Source: Patescibacteria group bacterium (lineage in GTDB: Bacteria; Patescibacteriota; Minisyncoccia; Ryanbacterales; GWA2-47-10b). Taken from it: DNA of 64,000 bases. The stretch covers positions 2,793-66,792 of the forward strand of contig JBBTQY010000005.1 of assembly GCA_038065475.1 (NCBI GenBank), given 5' to 3'. Each line of letters opens with the position of its first letter. The first letter of the stretch is position 1. The notes under the pieces were generated by a model. That model made no database searches and had not been told where the DNA came from. It was given only the letters and a program-made list of their open reading frames with translations. Positions 26,039-35,976 of this stretch are shown one piece after another. The position numbers and the translations under genes were made by a program.

Positions 26039-28225
26039 ATGAAGAAAGGAATACTTGCTGTATTCTTTTCTCTTGTTCTTGTTTCAATGCCATTCTTTGC
26101 ACTAGCAGAAGGCGACGCGGCACCAGAGGTGCAAGCCGAACCGCAGGTTGAGACACTTGTTGAAACCGAATCTGCTCAAGCGATTGCTCAGCTTGTCGTT
26201 ACAAATCATGCACCAACTATCGAAGGACCATCTGGCGCCACTGGCGTTGTTGGGTCTTTGGTATCGTTTGTCGTGATTGTGACCGATCAAGATGGTAATC
26301 CTGACGCAAATGGCAATATCGTCACTACTACTACCAATTTGCCTGAAGGTGCTGTGTATGATCCGATTGACGGTTCATTCGCATGGGTACCGACGGCTGC
26401 TGGTAATTATGTCGCAACATTTAACGCAACTGACAGCATCGATACAACGGTGCACGAAGTTGAAATTGAAATAACAGAAGGAAATCGCTTACCCGTCATT
26501 GAAGGACCGACATACGCTTCAACAACTGTTGGATCGATGGTCGAGTTTTTCATCATCGTCACAGATCCCGACGGCAATCCGGACGCCCAGGGAAATATTG
26601 TGGCCGTGACCTCTGAACTTCCTGAAGGAGCCTTGTATGATGCCGGCGCCTCACAATTTGTGTGGGTACCGACGACAACGGGCACTACCACAGTAACGTT
26701 CTTTGCGTTTGACGGTACAGGTACGACTACTCACGAAACGATCATCGAAGTGTTTCCTGCGGATTCCGCGGCAAATCTTCCGCCGTTCTTCGTGAACTTC
26801 AACCCGCCCCTCGTGGCGACTTCAACTGAGGCTTACGCCTATGATGTTGAAGCTCAGGATCCTGAGAATGATACATTAACATTCTCGCTTGACCTTGCTC
26901 CCGTAGGTATGACGATCGCATCATCAACTGGTGTGATCTCATGGACTCCTACGTTGGCACAGGCATCAAGCACCTCGTACTCTGTAATTGTTGGCGTTTC
27001 CGACGCAACTCACACTGCAACTACAACCTATACAATTTTGGTAAACGAACCGTCTGTCGTTACAGGCAATCGATTGCCGATAATTGAAGGTCCCACGCAT
27101 GCGACTACCACGGTAGGTACACTTCTTGAACTTGTGTTCATTGTGACCGATCCCGACGGTAATCCTGACGTGTTTGGTAACGTTGTTGAAGTCTCAACTG
27201 CGTTGCCGCTTGGTGCTACCTATAGCACCAGCACCTCTTTGTTCTCGTGGACCGCGACATCTACGGGAACCTATCTCGCAAAACTCTTTGCGTTTGACGG
27301 CACGGGTACGACTACCCATGAGCTCATCATTGATGTAGTTTCAGGTAATCGTCCGCCGGTCATCGAAGGCATCACGAGTATTGAGAGAAAAGTGAATGAA
27401 GCCATCGACTTTGTGATTATCGTCAGCGATCCTGACGGAAATCCTGATGCCGAAGGTGATATCATCACTGTGACGACGATGTTACCGCATGGAGCAACGT
27501 TCGCTACCAGCACTGGACTCTTTTCTTGGTCGTCTTCTGAGGCAACAACCACAGAAGCGATCTTTAAAGCGTTTGATGGTGAGGCGACGACGACTCATAC
27601 GGTACTCATAACAGTACGCGCCGCAGATACTCCACCACCACCCCCACCGCCACCCGGCGGAGGAGGAGGCGGCGGTGGGGGAGGAGGCGGAGGTGGTGGT
27701 TGTTCAAATTGTGGTAGCAATGGTCCTCCCGGACTTATTGGCCCTACCCCAATCAACCCACCACCAACTTCACTTCCACCCCCACCTGCACCGAGTACTC
27801 CCGTAACTAATCCAGTTCCTTTACAACCTAGCCCCAGCCCACGACCCGTGCAGCCACCGCCGGTCTATCGACCAGCACCTGCACCAGATCTTGCTCTCGT
27901 GTCTACCACGACTCCAACGACAGCGCCCGCTGAAGGCCCGTCGCTTGCGTCTGTATTACTTGCGGGATTATTCAACTTCTTGGATTGGATCCGCGCAAAT
28001 TGGTGCATCCTTGGTTGGTTGCTCTGGCTTCTGACTCTTCTTGCATTCATCCTCTATGTGATCTTTACGAACACCGATGAAGATGACGAGAATAAAGAAG
28101 CAGTGCCACCCTCAGGGTTGCCCATAATGCCATTCGACGATGAGTCGGACGGAACTATCAAAGAAGCTGTATCGGAGAATACGCTCAGCGAATACTGGGA
28201 AACAACTCCACAAGAGAATAAGTAA
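26039..28225 (+). CDS. cell-surface protein with five tandem putative-Ig (He_PIG/cadherin-like) repeats, Pro/Gly stalk and C-terminal TM anchor
   Basis: Signal peptide MKKGILAVFFSLVLVSMPFFALA. Five ~100-aa repeats of the form N(R/H)xPxIEGP...VxFxxxVTDPDGNPD...FxWxPT. Then PPPPPPPP-GGGGGGGGGGGGGGG, a Pro-rich segment, a TM helix (ILGWLLWLLTLLAFILYVIF) and an acidic tail. Confidence 0.75.
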   Translation: MKKGILAVFFSLVLVSMPFFALAEGDAAPEVQAEPQVETLVETESAQAIAQLVVTNHAPTIEGPSGATGVVGSLVSFVVIVTDQDGNPDANGNIVTTTTNLPEGAVYDPIDGSFAWVPTAAGNYVATFNATDSIDTTVHEVEIEITEGNRLPVIEGPTYASTTVGSMVEFFIIVTDPDGNPDAQGNIVAVTSELPEGALYDAGASQFVWVPTTTGTTTVTFFAFDGTGTTTHETIIEVFPADSAANLPPFFVNFNPPLVATSTEAYAYDVEAQDPENDTLTFSLDLAPVGMTIASSTGVISWTPTLAQASSTSYSVIVGVSDATHTATTTYTILVNEPSVVTGNRLPIIEGPTHATTTVGTLLELVFIVTDPDGNPDVFGNVVEVSTALPLGATYSTSTSLFSWTATSTGTYLAKLFAFDGTGTTTHELIIDVVSGNRPPVIEGITSIERKVNEAIDFVIIVSDPDGNPDAEGDIITVTTMLPHGATFATSTGLFSWSSSEATTTEAIFKAFDGEATTTHTVLITVRAADTPPPPPPPPGGGGGGGGGGGGGGGCSNCGSNGPPGLIGPTPINPPPTSLPPPPAPSTPVTNPVPLQPSPSPRPVQPPPVYRPAPAPDLALVSTTTPTTAPAEGPSLASVLLAGLFNFLDWIRANWCILGWLLWLLTLLAFILYVIFTNTDEDDENKEAVPPSGLPIMPFDDESDGTIKEAVSENTLSEYWETTPQENK

Positions 28226-28239
28226 TACTCTTCCAAAAA

Positions 28240-28262
28240 CCACCCCGAGGGGTGGTTTTTGG
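28240..28262. terminator. bidirectional intrinsic terminator between convergent genes
   Basis: AAAAA-CCACCCCGAGGGGTGG-TTTTTGGTTTTT. Confidence 0.7.
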
Positions 28263-28265
28263 TTT

Positions 28266-28778
28266 TTAGTCGCTACACTTCCATCCCGGTTCACGGTTTG
28301 CTTTCCAGTAGAAGCTTCTTGTAGATTCGAGTGTTGCGCTTAGCGAGAGTGTATTGTCGGCAATATAACAATGATATCTGTATGTTAGAGACGGCGTGAT
28401 TATAGGCGGTGGGATGCACGGTTCATTTGTTGGATCGCGGGGAACTGCACCGCCAAAATAGGGTTCGAGAAATTTGAGCCAAGGATCATTTATGCCATTA
28501 TTTGCTTGATCGTTGCTATAATCCCATTGGCCACAATCAGAGTCACCACCTAAACCACCACCAAAACCATCGTTTATGGTGCGTGGGAGATATCCGTTTG
28601 TATCATAGTACAAATGCAGTGCGGTATAGATGCTGTGCAGATCTTCTTTACGCCGTGCGTCGCGCGCTTTTACGCGAGCCGAATTTACGCCTGCGAGTAC
28701 GATGGACGACAAAAGGCTGATGATCGATACTACAACCATTAGCTCAATCAGCGTAAAGCCATGTTGCTCACGGCGCAT
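28266..28778 (-). CDS. type IV pilin (prepilin with class III signal peptide); candidate major pilin
   Basis: MRREQHG|FTLIELMVVVSIISLL has the canonical GFTLIE cleavage and methylation motif. 170 aa. Isolated from the main pilus locus. Confidence 0.8.
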   Translation of the reverse strand: MRREQHGFTLIELMVVVSIISLLSSIVLAGVNSARVKARDARRKEDLHSIYTALHLYYDTNGYLPRTINDGFGGGLGGDSDCGQWDYSNDQANNGINDPWLKFLEPYFGGAVPRDPTNEPCIPPPIITPSLTYRYHCYIADNTLSLSATLESTRSFYWKANREPGWKCSD

Positions 28779-29001
28779 GAATCTAGAAAAAAAAGAAGAA
28801 ATAAAGCGAGATCAAAAAGGTGCATATCGAGAATGCAGCAAGCACCATAGCTGCTGTCGCCTCACTCTCAATTTGTAACTTATGCATTACCCAGCGCACC
28901 ATAGGAGAAGAGTTCCCTTCTGGCTCCTTTGGCGGGTGCCAGTCATTGTATACATGAAAATCGCCGCTCATTTTTCTAGCGTATCATATTTTCTTACATA
29001 G

Positions 29002-29073
29002 TGCGGTCGGCGGGAGTCGAACCCGCGTCTGCTGCTTGGAAGGCAGCCATAATAGCCGTTATACGACGACCGC
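29002..29073 (-). tRNA. tRNA-Gly (anticodon TCC)
   Basis: Reverse complement: acceptor GCGGTCG/CGACCGC, anticodon arm GCTGC-CTTCCAA-GCAGC, T-arm GCGGG-TTCGACT-CCCGC. Confidence 0.75.
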
Positions 29074-29135
29074 AAATGCCGCCTTCATCCCCTTCGGGAG
29101 AAGGGTTTACAGCGGCATCGGTATCGTAACATGCG

Positions 29136-29423
29136 TTAGCGAATTTCGAAAGATGAGTATTCGCCACTGTACTCACCCCATGCGGTTTCACACTGATCAA
29201 CCGTTGAGAACTCAGGGCCTCGTGCAACCCATACGGCTAGTTTTTCGAGTGCTGCTCGGTCTCCCTCGGCAATAATATCTACCGAGTCATCGGGGTTATT
29301 TTTCACGAAACCTACAAGATGCAGCTCGTCAGCTTTTTGCTTTGTGTAAAATCGAAACGATACCCCCTGTACGCGGCCGGTTATCTTGATCATGATGCGC
29401 CCTTGCGGTTTCATTGGTTTCAT
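29136..29423 (-). CDS. acyP: acylphosphatase
   Basis: GRVQGVSFRFYT...GFVKNNPDDSVDIIAEG signature motifs. The true start may be the MIKITG Met at 29393. Confidence 0.8.
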   Translation of the reverse strand: MKPMKPQGRIMIKITGRVQGVSFRFYTKQKADELHLVGFVKNNPDDSVDIIAEGDRAALEKLAVWVARGPEFSTVDQCETAWGEYSGEYSSFEIR

Positions 29424-29476
29424 TAAAACAAAAATACCTCGCGGGTGCGAGGTATTTTTGTATAGTGGTCGATAGT

Positions 29477-29749
29477 TTACTTGACTGCGTCTTTGAGGCC
29501 TTTGCCTGCGCGAAACTTTGGAACTTGCATTGCAGGTACTTGTACTGCAGCGCCCGTGCGCGGGTTGCGTGCGGTGCGAGCTTGGCGTTTCTTGGTAAGA
29601 AAGGTGCCAAAGCCTGATACCGCGACCTCGTCTCCCTTTGAGAGAGCCTTTGTGATTGAATCGAATACTGTGTCAACCGCTTCTTCAGCACCTTTTTTGG
29701 TGCCGCCGATCTTGTTGAAGACTGCTTCGATCAAGTCGCCTTTGTTCAT
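29477..29749 (-). CDS. hup: DNA-binding protein HU
   Basis: MNKGDLIEAVFNKIGGTKKGAEEAVDTVFDSITKALSKGDEVAVSGFGTFLTKKRQARTARNPRTGAAVQVPA. The ORF-track start at 29866 is an upstream extension, and the start was placed at MNKGDL. Confidence 0.85.
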   Translation of the reverse strand: MNKGDLIEAVFNKIGGTKKGAEEAVDTVFDSITKALSKGDEVAVSGFGTFLTKKRQARTARNPRTGAAVQVPAMQVPKFRAGKGLKDAVK

Positions 29750-29997
29750 GTGAGAAAAATTATTTGAAAACTGATATGAGGTGCCCCGAACGGTCGGGGC
29801 GCGACCTTTTTCGCTTGCATGAAATGCTAGAGATATAGTATCACAAATCGTTTGTTTGCAACACATTTTACACTTTCATTATGCACAGGGTGGGTGGGCA
29901 CAAAAAAAGCTTTTCACGACTGGTTGGAGGCCACTTTATTTTGAAATAAAGTAAGGATCTTCTCCAAAGGTCGCAAAAAGCTCTTTTCGTCTACTCC

Positions 29998-31527
29998 CTA
30001 GCGGGCGTATTCGATGGACCTGGACTCGCGGATGACGTTTACCTTGATCTCGCCAGGGTATTTGAGTTCTTGCTCAATACGATCAGCGATATTACGGGCG
30101 AGTTTCTTGGCTTCCAAGTCTGTAATCTTCTCAGGGGTGACAAACACGCGGATCTCGCGGCCTGCTTGAATAGCGTAGGATTTCTCAATACCTTCAAAGG
30201 ATCCTGCAATGCGTTCAAGGTCTTCGAGGCGCTTGAGGTAGTTTTCTACTGAGTCACGGCGCGCGCCTGGGCGTGAGGCCGAGATCGCGTCAGCGGTTTG
30301 TACAATGATCGATTCGAGTGTTTCGTACGGGTATTCTTCGTGGTGCGACTGCATGGCTTGCACCACTGAGTGATCAACGCCAAACTTTTGGAGGATACGG
30401 CGGCCAATCTCGACGTGAGTACCCTGTACTTCGTGGTCGACTGCCTTGCCGATATCGTGGAGGAGTGCACCTTTTTTGGCGATAGCGATATCAGCGCCGA
30501 GTTCAGAGGCAAGCATACCCGAGATGTGCGTCATCTCGACTGAGTGCTGGAGCACGTTTTGTCCGTAGCTCGTGCGAAAGCGCAGGCGACCCAAAAGCTG
30601 CATGAGGCGGGGGTCAAGGTCAAAGATGCCGACCTCATAGCAGGCGGCGTCTGCCGCGTCTTTCATGATTTTTTCTACTTGCGATTTTGCTTTATCGACA
30701 GCTTCCTCAATACGGGCAGGTTGAATGCGCCCATCAGTAATCAAGTCTTCGAGCGCCATCTTGGCGATGTGGCGGCGCACGGGATCAAAGCCGGAGATGA
30801 TGATGGTTCCCGGTGTGTCATCGACAATGATTTCAACGCCAGCCGCACGCTCGAGCGTGCGAATGTTGCGGCCTTCGCGACCGATGATCTTTCCCTTGAG
30901 TTCTTCAGAGGGGATTACGACGCTTGTCGTAGTAACCTCTGATGCGGTTGATGTGGCGACGCGTTGGATGATGGCTGCTAAAATATCGCGCGCTTTTTTG
31001 CCAAGGCGGTCTTCGCCTTGGAGCTCAAGCTTGTGGAGGCGGCCCATGATGTCCGACTCGTATTTCTTCTCAACGGCACCAATAAGCTGTTCTTTGGCGT
31101 CTTCTTGCGAGAGTTGTGCTACACGTTCGAGTGCGGCGCGCTGCTCTTCTTCTTTGTTTTTGAGTGCTTCCTGCGCTTGGCGGATGCGCTCTACTTTTTC
31201 GCGCAGACCTGATTTTTCATCTTCAAGGTCTTGCGACTTTTTTTCTAGAGTTTCTTCTTTGCGCAGGGTGCGTTCTTCCCATTTGTGTATTTCAGCTTCG
31301 CGTTCTTTGATTTCTTTCTGGGCTTCTTCGAGGACGGTAGTAGCTTTTGTCTTTGCCTCGAGGATTACTTGTTGACCTTCGGTCTTAGCTTCGAGAAGTT
31401 TTTTCTGAATCTCGAGCTCGATCGAGTTTTTTTGTTGTTGAGCAATGAATTTGCGCAAGACATACCCGATGCCAACGCCCGCCAGAAGCACCAAAGCCGC
31501 AACGCCGAGTTGCGAGGTGAGGTACAT
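29998..31527 (-). CDS. rny: ribonuclease Y
   Basis: N-terminal TM helix, coiled-coil, KH domain (GKIIGREGRNIRTLERAAGV) and HD domain (LLHDIGKAVDHE). 509 aa. Confidence 0.9.
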   Translation of the reverse strand: MYLTSQLGVAALVLLAGVGIGYVLRKFIAQQQKNSIELEIQKKLLEAKTEGQQVILEAKTKATTVLEEAQKEIKEREAEIHKWEERTLRKEETLEKKSQDLEDEKSGLREKVERIRQAQEALKNKEEEQRAALERVAQLSQEDAKEQLIGAVEKKYESDIMGRLHKLELQGEDRLGKKARDILAAIIQRVATSTASEVTTTSVVIPSEELKGKIIGREGRNIRTLERAAGVEIIVDDTPGTIIISGFDPVRRHIAKMALEDLITDGRIQPARIEEAVDKAKSQVEKIMKDAADAACYEVGIFDLDPRLMQLLGRLRFRTSYGQNVLQHSVEMTHISGMLASELGADIAIAKKGALLHDIGKAVDHEVQGTHVEIGRRILQKFGVDHSVVQAMQSHHEEYPYETLESIIVQTADAISASRPGARRDSVENYLKRLEDLERIAGSFEGIEKSYAIQAGREIRVFVTPEKITDLEAKKLARNIADRIEQELKYPGEIKVNVIRESRSIEYAR

Positions 31528-31650
31528 AGAAGTGAATTAATCCTTGGTTCATAAATAACGACAATATAAAGGTAGCTTCACTGTACGATTTTTTGGCGGT
31601 TTCGTCAATAAACTGTGCGCACCAAACACGCCTTGTGATACACTTGAAAT

Positions 31651-33228
31651 ATGAATTTTAAGCCCATTGTTCTTGCTGTACTCGACGGTTTTGGTATCAA
31701 TACGTTGCCAGGCGAATCGCCTTTGCAGATGGCGAAAAAACCGACTTTTGATGATATCCACCAGTTCTATCCATTTACCACATTGCAGGCATCGGGTTTG
31801 GCTGTTGGCTTGCCATGGGGCGAGGAGGGGAACTCGGAGGTAGGTCACCTCACCATCGGTTCGGGGCGTGTGCTGTACCATCATTTACCGCGCATCATCG
31901 TCTCAATTCAAGACGGTACCTTTTTTGAAAATCCTGCGTTTCTTGATGCACTCGCACACGCGCGCTCAAATAAGGGCACGCTGCACATCGTGGGGTTGTG
32001 TTCGTCAGGTTCCGTGCACGCATACATCGATCATCTCTATGCGCTTTTGAATTTTGCTCGTCGTGAAAATGCCGAGAAAGTCGCGGTGCATATTTTTGGC
32101 GATGGGCGCGATGCCGCTGCCCGTGAACTTAAGACTTTTTTGCCGCAGCTCGAAGAACGCATGCGTACCGAGTGCCCTAATGCGTTTATCGCATCTATTT
32201 TGGGGCGACATTTTACGATGGATCGTGAAGAGCGCTGGGAATTAACTGCGCAGGCATATGATTGTTTGATTGGCAAAAAAGGCGCTGCGTTTGAATTTCC
32301 AAAAAAATATATTGATGATCAATATGCGGCAGGCATTACTGATGAATTTTTCACGCCCGCGTGGCGCACCAATGAAAAAGGGGAGCCACAAGGACGCATC
32401 CGTGAGGGTGATGCGGTAATCTTTATGAATTTTCGTGAAGATAGCGAGCGGCAGATGGCGCATGCATTTGTGGATCACGATTTTACCAAGTTTGATCGCG
32501 CGTTTATACAAAATTTATTTTTTGTGACCATGACTGAGTATGAAAAAGGTTTGCCCGCGCACGTGGCGTTTCCACCCCTCAATCTCGAGTGGCCGCTCGC
32601 GCGCGTGATCTCATACGCGGGTCGCAAGCAGTTTCATATCGCCGAGACTGAAAAATATGCGCACGTGACCTATTTTTTTAACGGTGGCAAAGAACAGCCG
32701 TTTCCCGCCGAAGAGCGCAAATTGGTGCAGTCTGCGCGCGTACCGTTTGACCAAAAACCAGAAATGTCCGCGCGCGAGATTACCGACGCTGTACTCGAGA
32801 TCTTGCCCCAATATGATTTTGTGCTGATCAATTTTGCCAATGCTGACATGGTGGGTCACACCGGCAATTTTGATTCGACTGTCAAAGCCATCGAGACGCT
32901 CGATGAATGTTTGGGTAAGCTGAAGGCAAAAATTGATGAGTTGGGTGGTGCGCTGGTCGTCACCGCTGATCATGGCAATGCTGAGGAAAAACGCTACCGA
33001 CTGACCGGCGAGCCGCGCACAAAGCACTCGGCGAATCCCGTACCGTTTTACTTGGTGGCAAATCAATTTCGTAGAAAAGAGGCGCGATCGCAACAAGAAA
33101 TTGATGCCCGTCTCAACCAGATCGAAGGCGTACTCTCAGACGTTGCCCCCACGGTACTCGACCTCATGGGTCTCTCGGTACCCGCCGAGATGACGGGGAT
33201 TAACTTATTGCCAAGGTTACTCGTATGA
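31651..33228 (+). CDS. gpmI: 2,3-bisphosphoglycerate-independent phosphoglycerate mutase
   Basis: VLAVLDGFGI...SEVGHLTIGSGRV, ...ADHGNAE. 525 aa. Confidence 0.9.
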   Translation: MNFKPIVLAVLDGFGINTLPGESPLQMAKKPTFDDIHQFYPFTTLQASGLAVGLPWGEEGNSEVGHLTIGSGRVLYHHLPRIIVSIQDGTFFENPAFLDALAHARSNKGTLHIVGLCSSGSVHAYIDHLYALLNFARRENAEKVAVHIFGDGRDAAARELKTFLPQLEERMRTECPNAFIASILGRHFTMDREERWELTAQAYDCLIGKKGAAFEFPKKYIDDQYAAGITDEFFTPAWRTNEKGEPQGRIREGDAVIFMNFREDSERQMAHAFVDHDFTKFDRAFIQNLFFVTMTEYEKGLPAHVAFPPLNLEWPLARVISYAGRKQFHIAETEKYAHVTYFFNGGKEQPFPAEERKLVQSARVPFDQKPEMSAREITDAVLEILPQYDFVLINFANADMVGHTGNFDSTVKAIETLDECLGKLKAKIDELGGALVVTADHGNAEEKRYRLTGEPRTKHSANPVPFYLVANQFRRKEARSQQEIDARLNQIEGVLSDVAPTVLDLMGLSVPAEMTGINLLPRLLV

Positions 33229-33944
33229 GATTTTTTAAATCTTTATTCAAGAAGCCGAAAGTTTTATGGCTCGCGGGAGTGTTTATCGTCTTACTTATTT
33301 ATGGAGCGCCTGGGTTCTTGTTGTGCGATAAGTCATTTGAACAAAAACTTTATCTCGCTTTTAACAATATTATTGCGAAGACAGTTTTTTATATTCTTCT
33401 CATCCCGACCCCGCTTATAGTTTTGTGGTGGAGAGAGATGCGAGGTAACATTTCACTATGGAAGAAAATTATTTCCAGTATCGCGGTGCTTGTACTCATG
33501 GGGATTTCGTATTTACTTTTTTATGCGTTGGTACTTTGTCCTTATTGCAACATTGGGGGAGGTGTCGCACATGTAGCAAGTGGTGGCATTGATCGACCCC
33601 GAGTTTCTTTTATGAGTAATATGCGTATTACCATGGAGGTTTATTACGATGAAAACAATAACCGTTATCCAAGTACGCTTGACCAATTAGTACCAAAGTA
33701 TTTAGAAAAATCCCCCAAAGATCATATTACGGGGGAGCCATATGATTACAGGGTCTCCGAGGATGGGCAGCAGTATGTCATCCGTTCATTGCTGGGAGTC
33801 GCAGGATCCGGATGTAAGAGTAAACTTATTTTTGCGCCGATATCTTTATCGGTAAATCAGAGCTCACTCAAGGGTGACGCCGATGGGGAAGTATTGGGTC
33901 TCAATTGCGACGATCCCTATTATTGCCTTTCGGAAAAATGGTAA
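33225..33944 (+). CDS. hypothetical membrane protein
   Basis: 239 aa with three or more hydrophobic helices. Overlaps the gpmI stop (ATGA). Confidence 0.5.
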   Translation: MRFFKSLFKKPKVLWLAGVFIVLLIYGAPGFLLCDKSFEQKLYLAFNNIIAKTVFYILLIPTPLIVLWWREMRGNISLWKKIISSIAVLVLMGISYLLFYALVLCPYCNIGGGVAHVASGGIDRPRVSFMSNMRITMEVYYDENNNRYPSTLDQLVPKYLEKSPKDHITGEPYDYRVSEDGQQYVIRSLLGVAGSGCKSKLIFAPISLSVNQSSLKGDADGEVLGLNCDDPYYCLSEKW

Positions 33945-33952
33945 AACAAAAA

Positions 33953-33976
33953 AGCCCCGTGCGGGGCTTTTTCGTT
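33953..33976. terminator. bidirectional intrinsic terminator
   Basis: AAAAAA-GCCCCGTGCGGGGC-TTTTTCGTTTT. Confidence 0.7.
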
Positions 33977-34005
33977 TTACAAGAAAATAAAAAATCGCTT
34001 GGTAG

Positions 34006-34380
34006 CTAGTGGACTGGGTGTCTGTCGCCGCCAAGCGGAAGCAATTGATAGTCTTGCAGCGCATGCTCTCCCGAGTCGAGCTTGCTCTGTATCTCTTGGA
34101 CGAAGAGCATTGCCTCCTCGTCGTCCGAGAAGTGCTCGGGTAGAGGGGCTCTCTGTCGGCACGAGGAGCACTCGTGTTCGGATGTCGGCGAGAGCACGAG
34201 GAATGTTCCCTTGTCGGTTGTGATGTGAATAATGTAGATGTCTTTCAAGAGCGTTGCATCGCAGGAGCAAGTGAGTTCATCTGTGTGGGATATTTTCGCG
34301 CGCATCGTCACGGTTTTGTCCTCCAATACAAAAAGAATCCGTTGCCATATTAGCAACAGGTCCTTTCGGTTGTCAAGCAT
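34006..34380 (-). CDS. hypothetical protein (Cys pairs CSC...CSSC)
   Basis: 124-aa ORF downstream of clpP. No recognisable motif. Confidence 0.4.
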   Translation of the reverse strand: MLDNRKDLLLIWQRILFVLEDKTVTMRAKISHTDELTCSCDATLLKDIYIIHITTDKGTFLVLSPTSEHECSSCRQRAPLPEHFSDDEEAMLFVQEIQSKLDSGEHALQDYQLLPLGGDRHPVH

Positions 34381-34382
34381 AC

Positions 34383-34961
34383 TTATTTTTTCTTGACTAC
34401 TTCGTCGATGATGCCATATTTTTTTGCTTCATCAGGATCCATGTAAAAGTCGCGGTCGGCATCTTTTTCAATCTTGTCGAGTGATTGGCCGGTATGTTTT
34501 GCCAGGATTTTGTTGAGACGATCTTTGACTTTGAGAATATGACGCGCATTGATCTCAATATCAGATGCCTGACCTTCCGTCCCACCCAATACTTGGTGGA
34601 TCATGATATCAGCATTGGGAAGTGCGTAGCGTTTGCCTTTTTGTCCTCCGGCAAGGAGTATCGCACCAGCAGACGCTGCCATGCCCACACAAATGGTAGC
34701 CACATCAGGCTTGATGTGCTGCATGGTGTCATAGATAGCGAGCGCTGAGGTGACGGACCCACCCGGTGAGTTTATATAAAATGAAATATCTTCTTTGGGG
34801 TTTTGTAGTTCCAAGAACAAGAGCTGCGCGATAATCGCGTTTGCTACTTGGTCATTGATTGGGCTGCCCAAGAAAATAATGCGGTCTTTTAAGAGACGCG
34901 AGTAAATATCGTAGGCGCGTTCGCCGTAGCTTGTTTTTTCGATGACGGTTGGTATAAGCAT
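34383..34961 (-). CDS. clpP: ATP-dependent Clp protease proteolytic subunit
   Basis: [24 protein letters not shown]...[14 protein letters not shown]...MIHQVLGG (Ser-His-Asp catalytic context). Confidence 0.9.
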   Translation of the reverse strand: MLIPTVIEKTSYGERAYDIYSRLLKDRIIFLGSPINDQVANAIIAQLLFLELQNPKEDISFYINSPGGSVTSALAIYDTMQHIKPDVATICVGMAASAGAILLAGGQKGKRYALPNADIMIHQVLGGTEGQASDIEINARHILKVKDRLNKILAKHTGQSLDKIEKDADRDFYMDPDEAKKYGIIDEVVKKK

Positions 34962-34962
34962 A

Positions 34963-35976
34963 TTATTGAATCTCCAAGAGTTCTATTACTTTTTCATTTC
35001 GTAAGACGCCTTTAGCGTACTCCTCCACTCGACCGCGGTCAATCTGAGCTCGGTCCTTTTCTTCGTAGGGTCTGAGCATTACCTCGACTCGCCTGGCGAC
35101 TTCGTCTGCGGTTGCTTCGGTCGCCTCAGTGCGTGCAATCTCACGGAGTGTGAGTGATACGCGTACACGACGCGCCGCATCTTCTTTAAATCCAGTGCGG
35201 ATTTCGGCTTCAGGCTTTTTGAGGTGAGCGAGATATTCGTCCCACACGAGGCCCATCTCCTCAATACTATGACGCAGCTCATCGAGCATTTTGGTCTGCT
35301 CAGCATCAATCATGATGTCGGGAATTTCAACGGTGGCAGCCTTAGCTACTTCTTCGATGAGAAGCATGCGGTGCGCATCACGTGCTTTGCCATTTTTTTC
35401 TTCCAAAATACCTTGCTTGATATTATCTTGTAATGCTGCGAGCGTCGCAAAGTTTCCAAGAGATTGCGCATAGGCATCATCGAGCGGGGGAGGTGTCTGC
35501 CCTTCGGGCGTACGAACGCGTTGAATGTAGTTAAGCGTATCGGTTATTTCTTTTTCTGTTACCTCGAGTGTGAGCGTTTCTTTTTTGCTATTTATCTCGT
35601 GTGCTATTTTGCGGAAGTCAGGCAAGGTAATATCAGGCATGACTGCTACGCGCGCCGTCCACTCAAGAGGATTGCCACGCGCAAGCTTGGTGATATGAAA
35701 TTCGGCGGGGCCAATAGCTTCAATCTTTTGTTCTTCCAAAACTTTCGGCCATTCGTTTTGCAGTGCGGCCTCTGCCGACTCCTGCAAGATTTTTTCCTCA
35801 CCAATTTTGTCGACAACCATTTTTTCAGGCGCTTTGCCTTTGCGGAAGCCATCAAGCTCTGCATCGGCTACAACCCTGGTGGTTGTCTTCAATATGTACG
35901 AGTCAAAGACATGGGTATCAATAACACCCTTTACCTCAACGCGTGAACCTTCGATTTTTGTAACCGTTGTGCTCAT
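34963..35976 (-). CDS. tig: trigger factor, short form (337 aa)
   Basis: N-terminal ribosome-binding signature DGFRKGKAP. tig-clpP synteny. About 100 aa shorter than canonical TF. Confidence 0.75.
   Translation of the reverse strand: MSTTVTKIEGSRVEVKGVIDTHVFDSYILKTTTRVVADAELDGFRKGKAPEKMVVDKIGEEKILQESAEAALQNEWPKVLEEQKIEAIGPAEFHITKLARGNPLEWTARVAVMPDITLPDFRKIAHEINSKKETLTLEVTEKEITDTLNYIQRVRTPEGQTPPPLDDAYAQSLGNFATLAALQDNIKQGILEEKNGKARDAHRMLLIEEVAKAATVEIPDIMIDAEQTKMLDELRHSIEEMGLVWDEYLAHLKKPEAEIRTGFKEDAARRVRVSLTLREIARTEATEATADEVARRVEVMLRPYEEKDRAQIDRGRVEEYAKGVLRNEKVIELLEIQ

Noticed and set aside
28783-28971. 62-aa ORF immediately upstream of the pilin gene
   Set aside because: Its hydrophobic tail ending in FFFFFF is encoded by a poly-A/T run. 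It is likely promoter or leader sequence for the highly expressed pilin rather than a gene, and is left unannotated.
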